Assembly (NCBI RefSeq): GCF_009834535.1
Contig: NC_045708.1
Location: 37,572,001-37,636,000, forward strand
DNA: 64,000 nt
Direction: 5' to 3'
Source: Camelus ferus
Lineage: Eukaryota
The position numbers and the translations under genes were made by a program. Positions within the stretch are counted from its first letter, which is position 1, and every line of letters starts with the position of its first letter. The notes under the pieces were generated by a model. It saw only the letters and a program-made list of their open reading frames with translations. It was not told the DNA's origin and searched no databases. Of the stretch, positions 25,101-53,989 are shown one piece after another.

Positions 25101-28100
25101 TACTTGTTCAGCCTCTGCTGCAGGGCGTCTAGCACTGTCTGTGGCTCAGCAGGGGCCACTTAAAAGGAGGAAGGAGGGCATCAGCTCTGCCTGCCTCCCC
25201 TCCATATCCCCACTCCACAGTCCCAGCATCCTGGGGTCCTACCTGAGGTTGCTGGGATGTCAGAGGCCATCACTGGCTGTACTCGCTCCACTGCTGGGGG
25301 TGCAACTGAGGGTGCTGTAGGGGCCTTGGTAGCTTGTGGGAGGGGCTTCAGGTCTGAAGGACCCAGAACAGAGATGTAGGTGGGGGTGCCTGGCCAACCC
25401 AGCCCCTGCCTGAGCAGACTCCCCCAACCATTCCCATACTGACCCTCAGGTGCTGGGGGCATGGCACTCAGGTCCACAGGCTTCCCCTTCTCCAAGGCCT
25501 CCAGGACAGCACCAAATCTCTGCAGTAGGAAGAAAGTCAGGTCTGGGGGCATAAACCAGGGAACCTCAAGAATCTGGGCTGAAAAAACTCCCCCTCAGGC
25601 CAGCCTCACTCAAGCCTAGTCTAGCTGTATGACACTGAGCAAGTCACTGCCCCAATGGAAACGAGGGGCTGGACATAGGGCCTCTGAGTCAGATGCCGTA
25701 CCTTCCCAATCCTCATGAGCTCTCGGGCACGGTCTAAGTCTCCAGCCCGCTTGGCATTCAGAGCAGCCACTTTGTACTCTCTCTGTCGGGCCAACAACAG
25801 GGCCCGTGGGTCTGGGTCAGAATCGGGCGAGGCAGAAATACCAGGGCTGTCCAAGAGGCTTGTCTCAGGCTGGAAGGGGTTGTCTATGGAGAAACAAAAA
25901 GTCCACAGAGAGGGCATCAGGGCCAAAGAAGATTCAAGTGCCTCCAGGTCTGGCTGCCCTGAGGGACCTCTCAGGGAAGGTGAGACTGAGCAATGGACAT
26001 CGGCAACAGTGACGGCAGGCTGGGGAGGCAGGCCGTGGGCTCTGGCCTTGGGAACCAGGACTGGACTTGACTGTCTCCAGATACCTGGTTCCACAGAGGG
26101 GGGAGCTGGGGGTTCTGCTTCAGGCCTCCTGCTGGTTGTTTCCTGGGGGGCCAGGGGCCTCTTGCCCAAGGCCACTGGAGGTGGGATCTCATCCTCACTG
26201 ATCTTCCTGCCTTTCCTCACAGCAGCCAGCTGGGACTCCAGAGTCTGAGGGAGAGAAGAACCAGAAACCTAGCCAGCCATTGCAGGCTGGACCCTGCTCA
26301 GAGATAGGCCAGGGATCCTTCCTGCCATAAGGCTGGTGGGAGGCTTCCCCTCCATGGCCCAAGTTCCTCCTGTGCCTTACCCTCAGCCCCCACTGCCCTC
26401 AGCCCCACTCTGCCCAGCCCTGGTCCCCAGCCGAGCCCAGCCCACCTTCAGGCCACGGTCACAGCGCCTGGCTTTGGCCGCGTCACCTGCCTCCGTGGCA
26501 CTGACCGCAGCCTCACGGTAGTTGTGGATTCGCTCCTCCAGCAGAGCCTGCAGCCCCCGAGGCCCTCCAGCCTGTAGATACTTTGGTTCAGGGCCTGGCC
26601 ACTCCAGGGCCAGCTAGGCCCTTGCTGCTCCCTCCCTGCAAGGAAGCTAACCCTGAAAATGAGGCACTTGGATTCAAGGAGAAGGAAGAGCCTAAGAGCC
26701 CCACGGTGGGAGGCAAAGACTCACTGGAGAGGCCAGAGGCCATGTCAGAGGCAAACACAGAGGCCCAGACAATCTGTGGAGGCCAGGAAATGGTTGCGGG
26801 GGTAGTCTGAGAGAACAGAGAGGCCTTTGAGGCCGCCTAGGAGTTTCTTCTGCTCAGTCTCCACTTGGGGCAGCTGGGAAGGGTTACTGTCGACTTCCTC
26901 GTCCAGCCACACTCCATGTATGTTATACATGGACGTGCGGGGCACAGAGGACACTGGACCCCTCCAGAACCTACCTGAACTGCTGGGACTGAAGTTGTTG
27001 GGAGAGCTGTCTGCACTGGAAGTTCAATGTTGTCCTGTCCCTTCTCCTCAGAGTCACCAGGGCTGGCTGTCTCATCGCCATCCAGGGGCCCAGCCTCCTC
27101 ATCTGCACCCAGAACCTCCTGCAGCTCAGTCTGAGGAGACATAAGTCCCAGGAGCTTGAGAGCTGCATGGCAGCACCTGAGAATAAAAGATACTCTCCCC
27201 CAGCAGTATTTCTCAGTATTAGTCACTGTGCCTGAAAGTTTCCTTTATCAAATCACGCTTTTAATCTGACCACAGATAGCCTTAAAAACAGTGAAGCCGC
27301 TAAATCTGATCTCCAAGTACAGAGCTCAGACCAGACATCAAAGGCGAATGGTCTCACACTGCACAGTCAGGAAAGGGACCCAAGAAGGGCAAGGCACTCA
27401 CTCAACGTCAGAGTGCACAGAGGGACAAACCCCAGGCCTCCTCCACAGGCTTGGCCACAGAGCCCTCAGACACCAGCCTGGTAGACGCACCAGCAAGTCT
27501 GCATCCTCCTCCAGTCCTTCCTCCTCCTCCTCCTCCTCCTCCTCCACATCCCGCATACAGTCCGCCGCCAGCTTCTCGATGTGGGCCATAGGCAGCGGGG
27601 CTGGGGGAAGAGGGTCACAGAGAGTCAGAGCAACTCAGAAAAGGTTCATGAGGAGTAAAGGAGGGTCTTCAATACACTGCACTGGCAGACACACCTAGGT
27701 AGAAATCCTCCCTCCCTTCCACAGCCAAAGTCCCACCTTGGCTCTCCCTTTATGACCCAGCACAGAAGACCCTCAGCAGGGAAACCTTCCTGGACCCTGT
27801 TCAGCATTCCTGCCAGGGGAGTTATTCACAGATACATCCATCCATCCCCCCATATCACACCTTTCACGTATATAAAGATTTTTAACATTCATTTGAGCTT
27901 TACAATAATTCTGCAAGACAGGTAATATTATCCCCATTTTACCTGTAAGTAAACAGAACTTTCTTAATCTTCCTAACATTGCAATCCTAGTAAATGGCAG
28001 AGCCAAGACTCAAACCTAGACTTGTCTAACCCAGAGCAGGCTTGGCCTGAGAGAGAAGGGCCGTGGTTCTCCTAGACCAGTGAGCCCCTCCCAGGTCCTC

Positions 28101-29951
28101 TCACTGTCCTCAGCTCAGGAGAACATGGGATGGGAGGTGGTTCTCTCTGAGGGTTCCTGGTGAGGAGAGACAAAGATTTAGACCCTTGGACCCTCCCAGG
28201 CTTCAGGCCTCTGTCCTCTTTCAGGCCTCTGTCCTCTTTCAGGCTAGGGAGGGAATACCACTCATTTATTCATTTGACATAACTTATGTGCACTTATTAT
28301 GTACCCAATTCAGTCAGCGCTGGGCCCCTACTCTATATGAGCCCTGGCTCAGGCTAAGGATAGGGACCTGAGCCAGCCTGTGATTCACACTGCTGACTGT
28401 CCACAACGGAGAGGGCGCAGTCCACAAGGGACTGAGCTCCCCATCACACAGCTGTATGAGTGGGCCAAGACGACCTCCTGGTGGCAGTGCTGCAGGAGGG
28501 ACACGGGTATCACAAAGACCCAGGGATCGGGCTGGCTCCTCCCAGCTGTGAGGAGAGGACCCTCTCCACAACCTGCCCGAGCCCATCTGGTCCCAGTACC
28601 AAGCGCTGTCAACTCACCCTGCCCCTTGGGTTCTGGCTTCCTGCCAGTGGTCCCTGCTTCCCCAGTGAGAGCCAACAGCTCAGCCTCCAGGTCCCCGTCA
28701 TCTTCAGTCTCCTCCATCCCCAGCAGCATGTCCTCAGGGCTGAACTCCACAAAGAGCCCGAGCTGAGGGCAGAGAAGGTTTCTTAGGAAGCACACAGTGA
28801 GGCTCCAGGAGGTCACTGTTTATGGGACCTACAGTGTAGAAAGGGAAACTGAGGCCTGAAACATTACCCCTTGGGGCACTTATCTCCCTGGTGACTCTAC
28901 AAAGAATGCAGTAAGACTACACTGCCATTGTTATTACCAACAACAACAACAGCACTGCACGATTACCTTAGTTCATTCTCATAGCCCTGAGGCAGGTCCT
29001 ATTTTCTTTTAAATTGCAGTGAAACATTTGCAGCATGAAAATTACCATCTTAACCATTTTTAAGTGTAGAGTTCAGTGGCATTAAGTAAATTCACACTGT
29101 TTTTCTACCATCACAACCATCTGTCCACAGAAGCATTAAGTACATTCACATTGTTTTGCTACCATCACAACCATTTGTCCACAGAACTGTTTCTCATCTT
29201 GCAAAACGGAAACTCTGTACCCGTTAAACAACTCCCTATTCTCCCCTCTTCCCAGTCCCTGGTAACCACCATTCTTCTTTCTGTCTCTATGAATTTGACT
29301 ACTCTAGGTAAAGTTAGGTCCTATTTTTATCTCCATGTTCAGATGAAACGGTCTTGTGAGTGGCAAAGCTAGAATTTAAAATAAGATCTTCTGCCTTGAC
29401 TCTATGCCCTTTATCCTACCACCTCCCTTACCTGCCTCTTTAAGACACTAAAAATGGGCTGAGAAGTCTCAGAACTTGGGCCCAGAAGAAATAAATGGAG
29501 AAGAATTAGAGGACAGACCCCATCAGTCTCCCACTTGGGCCACAGCCCTGGCAAGCAAATTTGTGGCCCTAAATAAGGAACCCATGAGAGCACTGAAGCC
29601 TTTAAACTTTGGTGGTTCCTGAACCCTCCAGGTCATTCACACGGAGGTGGCCATGGCAGGATGATGCCTGGGTTGAAACACAGGAGTGTTCAGGCCTCAT
29701 CTCCTACGGGTGTGTGGTAGGAGCTTGTCAGAGGGTCTCTAAGGGTTCTGCCAACTCCAGGAGGCACACGCGAAGTCTCCAGACTAACAGGGAAAGCATG
29801 CAGATGATCCAGTTTGCCTAAGTTGTCAGAGACCCCCTCCCTCAGACTGACCCAGAAGTGAAGGTGAAGGAGGCTATTTTCATACCTGCTTGGCAGCTGC
29901 CACACCCTGGCCACTGGCCTGAGGGCCCTTCCGAGGTCTTGGCCCTGGCAT
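19149..29951 (-). CDS. CC2D1B: CC2D1B (Lgd/Freud-2 family; four DM14 repeats plus C2 domain), complete, 855 aa. Exons in transcript order: 29951-29886, 28762-28618, 27600-27491, 27130-26975, 26571-26446, 26244-26085, 25883-25702, 25519-25444, 25353-25243, 25158-25028, 24797-24725, 24522-24389, 23944-23827, 23743-23571, 23161-23036, 22446-22388, 22300-22184, 21795-21722, 21587-21529, 21325-21274, 20807-20708, 20539-20449, 19277-19149
   Basis: The 23 exons sum to 2568 nt with all phases consistent and all introns GT-AG. Translation: MPGPRPRKGPQASGQGVAAAKQ...LLEERIHNYREAA...LARQREYKVAALNAKRAGDLDRARELMRIGK...LQQRLNKYREAG...LEARKLQYQRAAL...STEMHLIIVQGMNLPAPPG...VLEPRGL*. ATG at 29951-29949, TGA at 19151-19149. 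Confidence 0.97.
24351..24388. repeat. 19-bp tandem duplication at the CC2D1B exon 13 donor
   Basis: ctcgggccctcaggcaaat then ctcgggccctcaggcaaac. Confidence 0.9.
28202..28244. repeat. 18-bp tandem repeat, about 2.4 copies
   Basis: ttcaggcctctgtcctct repeated twice plus ttcaggc, in CC2D1B intron 3. Confidence 0.85.
29020..29310 (-). mobile_element. L1MB-like 3' remnant in CC2D1B intron 2
   Basis: aaaattaccatcttaaccatttttaagtgtagagttcagtggcattaagt...ggtaaccaccattct...tctgtctctatgaatttgactactctagg. Confidence 0.75.
29079..29186. repeat. 54-bp tandem duplication (2 copies, 4 mismatches)
   Basis: gcattaagtaaattcacactgtttttctaccatcacaaccatctgtccacagaa followed by gcattaagtacattcacattgttttgctaccatcacaaccatttgtccacagaa. 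Confidence 0.9.
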
Positions 29952-30344
29952 CTTGGCAGCCTAGATACCTGTTTAATAGGGAGTGAAAGAGATTCAGACT
30001 GGAGCAGCCTACAAGCCCAGCCCTCAACAGAGCTACCTGCAGTAAGGTGTGGTTTGTAAACTCCCAACTCAGAAAAAGAATGCAATGCTTACACCGAAAG
30101 ATGAAATACTAATGCTGGAAGTACAGCACTGAAGCAAGCAACGTGGGAGACGGAAGGGAGGGGACCACCTGTTAACAGGTATAAGAGGAGAGTGTGGACA
30201 CAAGAAAACCTTACTGAACTGACGGATAAATGTGGATTAAGCCCAAAAGGCTGAGTGGGATGGGCCTAAGAAGGCAGATTCAGGGAATTAACTCTAGGTG
30301 CAGGGTGCGTTCAAGGCTGGGGAGGATTCAGAAAGGCTCTAAAA

Positions 30345-30490
30345 CAGTCCTGTCAGATATGGTGGCCATATATGGCTATTTATGTTTGAATTAAATTAAA
30401 TAAAAAAGACTGTTCCTCAGCTAGTGGTTACCACTGGCCAGCACAAATAATGAACATCTACATCACTGCATAAAGTTCTATTGGATGGTT
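30345..30490. mobile_element. MER3-like hAT-Charlie fragment
   Basis: atatggtggcca..tggctattta...aattaaattaaataaaa...ctagtggttacca..catcactgcataaagttctattgga. Confidence 0.6.
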
Positions 30491-30722
30491 CTGGGCCAGA
30501 GAAATGTGACTCAGCATTCTGATTCTCTTAAAGATCTCACAACCGTTCATAGGACCCACCATGTGTCAGTCCGTGTGCTGGGCACTGGGAGAGCAGGAAT
30601 GAATGTGACATGGTCTCAGCCCTCAGAGAACATTTACATGGTGCAGAGCACCTCATCAACGGACAAAACCCACGCAGGGTGGCATCAGAGGCCATACGTG
30701 CCCAGGGATGGCCTCTTTTCCA

Positions 30723-30747
30723 GCGCGCGCGCGCGCACACACACACA
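30723..30747. repeat. (GC)7(AC)5A alternating purine-pyrimidine microsatellite
   Basis: Read directly: gcgcgcgcgcgcgcacacacacaca. Confidence 0.95.
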
Positions 30748-31179
30748 GCCTTCTTGGAGAAGGGGAAGGAAGGGGGAATAGGAGTCCAAATGTAGGCAAT
30801 AACCTGATAATGGTTCTGAGGTGAGAAAGTTTCACCTACACAAGGAAACTAAACTGGGATCATCGAGGCATAAAGTGTGAGCCCAGGAATGGTACAAACG
30901 AAGCTGATAATGTGAGCAAAGGGCAAAACAGAAAAAAATTTAAATCTAAAAGAGTTTGGGCAAGACTCTGAGAGCAATGGACGTGACAAGATCAAGTCAG
31001 CGATTCAGAAACATCCCTCTGGCTGCAGAAAAGGAGGAGGTGGGAGAGAGAACCGAGGCTGGAAGCCGTCTCTCGGTACCGAGTATCTTGCAACGGTCCC
31101 AGAGAAAGCTGAGGGACAGTAAAGGCGACGTTAAGGACAGACACAGTGTAGGGATTCCAGGGTTAGGGGTAAAATCAAC

Positions 31180-31995
31180 AGAGCCCCAACGTTAACTGGA
31201 CGTGCGCGCACGGGAGGGGGCGCTCAGGGTGACTCCAGGCGTCAGATATCGGTAATTTGGGTGAAAGGCGGGCGGTCAACTGAGCGGGGGATACGGAGTG
31301 AGCGGGCCGGTCAGACGCGCCAAGTCTGCGGCTCCGGGGACACCAGGCTGGACCCAGGCCCAGGCTCAGGAGAGGGGAGGGCAGGGAGTGCACAAGGGAG
31401 GCGAAGCCGAGGACCCCACTCCCGCGCCGCAGGATGCGCCGCCCTGCCGTGCCTGCCCAGCCTCCGCCATCTCCCCAGTCGTGCCCTCATCTCCCCTCGC
31501 CGGGGACGGGTACGCGGCATACCTCGCGGCGGATCCGAAACCGACCCGGGCCTTCTCCCCCACGGCACCATCCAGGGCTCCCGCGGCCCCGGGGCCGCCG
31601 AGGCCGCCGCGACAGGAAGCGCCGCGGCGGGAGACTGCTCACGCCCTAACACGTGACTCCACGCCCCTACGCCAAGCATTACGCATGCGCAAGACGAAGC
31701 GGGCGTGGCGCTCCGACAGGTGACTCCAAGGGTGGGGTTCTCAGCGCGCAGGCGCCTTCGGGCAGGTAGCGCGAGGCCCTATGGGAGGGTCATTGCCCGG
31801 GTGCCGGATGTTCGGCTGCTTGCGCAAATGCAGCAGGTGCGCCCCCTATCTGTGCAGGTTTACAACTTCCCCGCCAAGCTTAGTTCCTCCCACTCCGAGG
31901 CGGCTTGGGCGCCCGCTCGCCGGGCCTATCTAGCCTCAAGTCCAAGTCCCGCCCGTCTCGGCTTGGAGGCGAGGCAGGCGCAGGCTCAGTCTTAG
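31180..31995. promoter_or_regulatory. CpG island / CC2D1B promoter
   Basis: Very GC- and CpG-rich against the flanks. Contains CACGTGAC (31650-31657) and an NRF1-like ACGCATGCGCA (31681-31691), and surrounds CC2D1B exon 1. Confidence 0.85.
31523..31650 (-). other. CC2D1B: CC2D1B non-coding exon 1 (5' boundary approximate)
   Basis: Donor GAG|gtatgc at 31523/31522 inside the CpG island. Exon 2 acceptor is aaacag|GTATCTAGGCTGCCAAG-ATG at 29968. The TSS is inferred only. Confidence 0.65.
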
Positions 31996-32469
31996 AGGAA
32001 GGGCTTCGCTTGCCACCTTCTTCAGGGTGTTTTATAACTGAGTCTCTAGGGAAAAAGAAAGGGGTCTCACCATATTCTTGTTAATCGTTCAGCATCTGAA
32101 TGTACCTTTTCTAGTCGGGAGGCGGGTTGAATATTTAAGATTTGACAGACAGTACTCATTACACCTCTTCATAAAGTCCCTTCAGACAGTTTAACACCAA
32201 GTTCTAACACCCCTACCCTGCAGGGCAATGGAAAGGGTACGGGAAGGGGCTTTAAAAAGAATCTTCCATCTAAAACAAACCTTGTAAATCACTTCCTACT
32301 ATTTCCCAAACTTTAAAATCGTTGTTTTGTGGTTAGCGGTCTTAAAGATCTTCCAGTTCCCTTGGACAAAGAACTTTTCCATCTCCTTACTTCTTTTGGG
32401 TGATTTCCCAAAGAGACTGTCTTGACCATTTTAAAATTGAAGAGTCACTCCCATATGTCTTATTAAATT

Positions 32470-34310
32470 TTAAAATATTTTATAATTGAAACATTTAAGA
32501 TATACACAAATATACAATATTTCACATTTGACAAGATGCAAGCTCCATAAAGGCAGAAGTTTTTGTTCTTTATCTCCAGTGTCTAGAGCAGTTCATGGTA
32601 CATAAGAGGCACTCAATAGTTTCTATTTTTTGTGTAAATTAATACAAGCGCACTCACCACAAGTTCCAAAGAAATATCAAGTCTCTTGAATTTGTTATTA
32701 TTCCTGAACATTCCTATGTCTACAATCGATGTATATATCTTTAAGCAATCCTTGGTATTTTTTTTGCAAGCTTTAACGTTGTCTCATTGTTATCACTGCA
32801 TATATTCTTCAACTTTTTTTTTTTTTTACTCAACCTTGTTTTTAAGCTTTACCCATTGATACTTACTACTTTTCATCTCTGTATGGTATGTCATAGTATG
32901 AAAATAATTCATTTTTCCAATGGATTGTCATGACTGTGCTATGAACATTTTTGTACACAACTCCTGCTGTATACATGTGTTTCCCCAGGGTATATACTTA
33001 GGAGTGGAATTGCTGGCTTATAGGATTTCTGAATTTTCTAAATATTACCAATTATCTCCAATGCAGTTGTTCTAGTGTACAAACCCATCAATGGGCACTT
33101 GAGTTTCAATTTTTTTGTATCACCACGGAAAGAAATTAAAAAAAAATTTTTTTAACAAAAAAAGAAGAAAAAATAAAAACAAAGAACATGGAAAGATTTT
33201 TTGAATAGATGTGTAAGTGTTTTGACCTGAAGGCCTCTTTTACTATTAAGTTTCCATTTTGTTACTCATTCATATTTCTTATCCTGTGGATGCCTTATTT
33301 ACCCATTTTTCCCTTTTCTTATTGTATAATTCTTAAAAATATTCTAATAGTGACCCTAGCCCATTATATACATTTATAAATGTGTATCCATGTATTTTTT
33401 CCCAAACTAGTTAATTAGTTACATTTATTATATTTAACTCATAAATGTCTCATCATGATTCTAAGAACAAGGTCATTCTCCTACATAACCACAAAAATTT
33501 ATCACACCCACAAAATTTAATATTTACATAATATTAAATTACCTAATATAAATATAGTCCATAATAGTGCTTGTAATTGTATCACTTAAATTCACAATCC
33601 AACCAAGGTTCTCACAGTGTACTTAGCTATTTAGCCCTCATCTCTCATCTCCTTTGGTGATAGGAATATTTTTAAAGAGGAATTTTGCCTTGCAGAATAT
33701 TTTTCCTTCAATTTTGATTTATCTGCTAGTTTTTCTCATCAGTAGATTCAGGTCAAACATTTCTGGCAGGACTATGATGTGGGTGATGTGTTTTTCTTAG
33801 TACCCGACATGAGGTTTTAGATGTCACTTTGTTCCATTGTTGGTTTCTATGTAAGTATTAGAATTACTTGCAAAGTTATACAAAAAACCCTGCCAAGATT
33901 TTAATTGGAATCAATTCATATTTATAGATTAATTACATCTCTTTATTAGATTTATTCCTTGGTATCTTAAATTTTCTGTGCCATCTAAGTCTTTTTTATT
34001 TAAAGATTTGTTTTTATGATAAATGGTGCCTTTTTAAAAATTCTGTATTCTATCTATTTGTTGCTAGGTATTATTTATTACTGATATGATTTCCAGCAGT
34101 TCTTTTTCATAAACTAAGTTTGTTACACTTATATTGTTCAAAAGTTAAAAGATACATAATGACATACAGTGAGTCTTCCACTAACCCCAAAGGTGGCCAT
34201 CTAGTTCCTTCCCAGAGGTAACCAATGTAACTAATTTCTTACATATTCTCCCAGGACTATTTTATATAGGTACAGTAATTGTGTGCATGTATTTATATAC
34301 ATGGAATGTT
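32470..34310 (-). mobile_element. Cluster of ancient L1 (L1ME/L1MC-like) remnants between CC2D1B and ORC1
   Basis: AT-rich, with ccagggtatatacttaggagtggaattgctgg, aagaacaaggtcattctcctacataaccaca and ccttcccagaggtaaccaatgt motifs. Confidence 0.65.
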
Positions 34311-34583
34311 ACCATTAAATAAATGAGAGGGCTCCTAACAGAAATAAAAGCCAGAGAAAGGGCCTATTGTAGGAAGGACAGTTTGGTTTTATAGTCTGAT
34401 GTTTGTAATGACTGTTAAACTTCCCAAACACTCTGGAAAAAGCAAAGGATTTAATGGAAAGTTCCAAAATACACAACAGCCATTTCCACTCAGTATACTT
34501 TGCTACAATGATTCCATGTGCTTAGAAAAAGGAAATAGGGCTCTTTCAAAACCACAGATCACAGTCCTTCCCTGTGAAGCCAT

Positions 34584-53251
<18,668 letters not shown>

Positions 53252-53989
53252 GGCTCCTGTGTAAAAGTTCACTGTAAGTTAACATGACACACTCTGATGG
53301 ATTTTGGGACATAGTTCCTGCCTTCAGTGAGTTCAGCCTTCTTTTCTGCCCCTACTACACTCCCACACATTTTAGACTTAGGAAAAAAATTTTTTTTGAG
53401 GAAAAAGTCAAGCTCTATGAAGATTGAACATAGGCAAGTCAGTATCATCTGTGTGCATTTTGAACTACGCCTTATCTCTTCCCATCCAGGGCAAGAGAAG
53501 GGTCAGTATGTAAGAAAAGAAACTATAGACGTTTAGAAGTACTTACATTGTGCACAAGGCACAATGACAGGTAAACATCTGACAACTTGAAACTGAAAGA
53601 CAGTGATACAGTAGTTGTATCTTCATAATATTTATAATCTAGGTAGGGATAAAATATAAATACACTAAAGACAACTAACAGTGCAAAGAGTCAAGAGAAA
53701 GAGCCAGAGAGACGACTGCAAGTTAGAGGACAGGTCTTATGGCTGTTTGGGGAGGAAGGGTTTCCTACTGGGGTTTTCTAAACTAAATACTAAATACTAA
53801 ATAGCTCTTGATAGGATGGATGAAATCAGGGATTGCAAGGATGGAGGCAAAAACATGCAAGAGGCATTCGAGGGAACGGCAATGGATTTTTATCAAGTGT
53901 ATCATTCCGCTTCACATTAAAAATAAAACAAAAAACCCAGTGTCACTAACCTGTACTGCTCTGGCAGTTGGAAGGGGTATTTTTCTTTG

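Noticed and set aside
22177-28786. Long plus-strand ORFs (for example 23572-24054, 25715-26248, 28380-28766)
   Set aside because: Antisense shadows of GC-rich CC2D1B exons and short introns; no independent splice or homology support.
31175-31995. Overlapping 65-141 aa ORFs on several frames
   Set aside because: Typical stop-poor CpG-island ORFs, Arg/Pro/Gly/Ala-rich with no recognisable domain.
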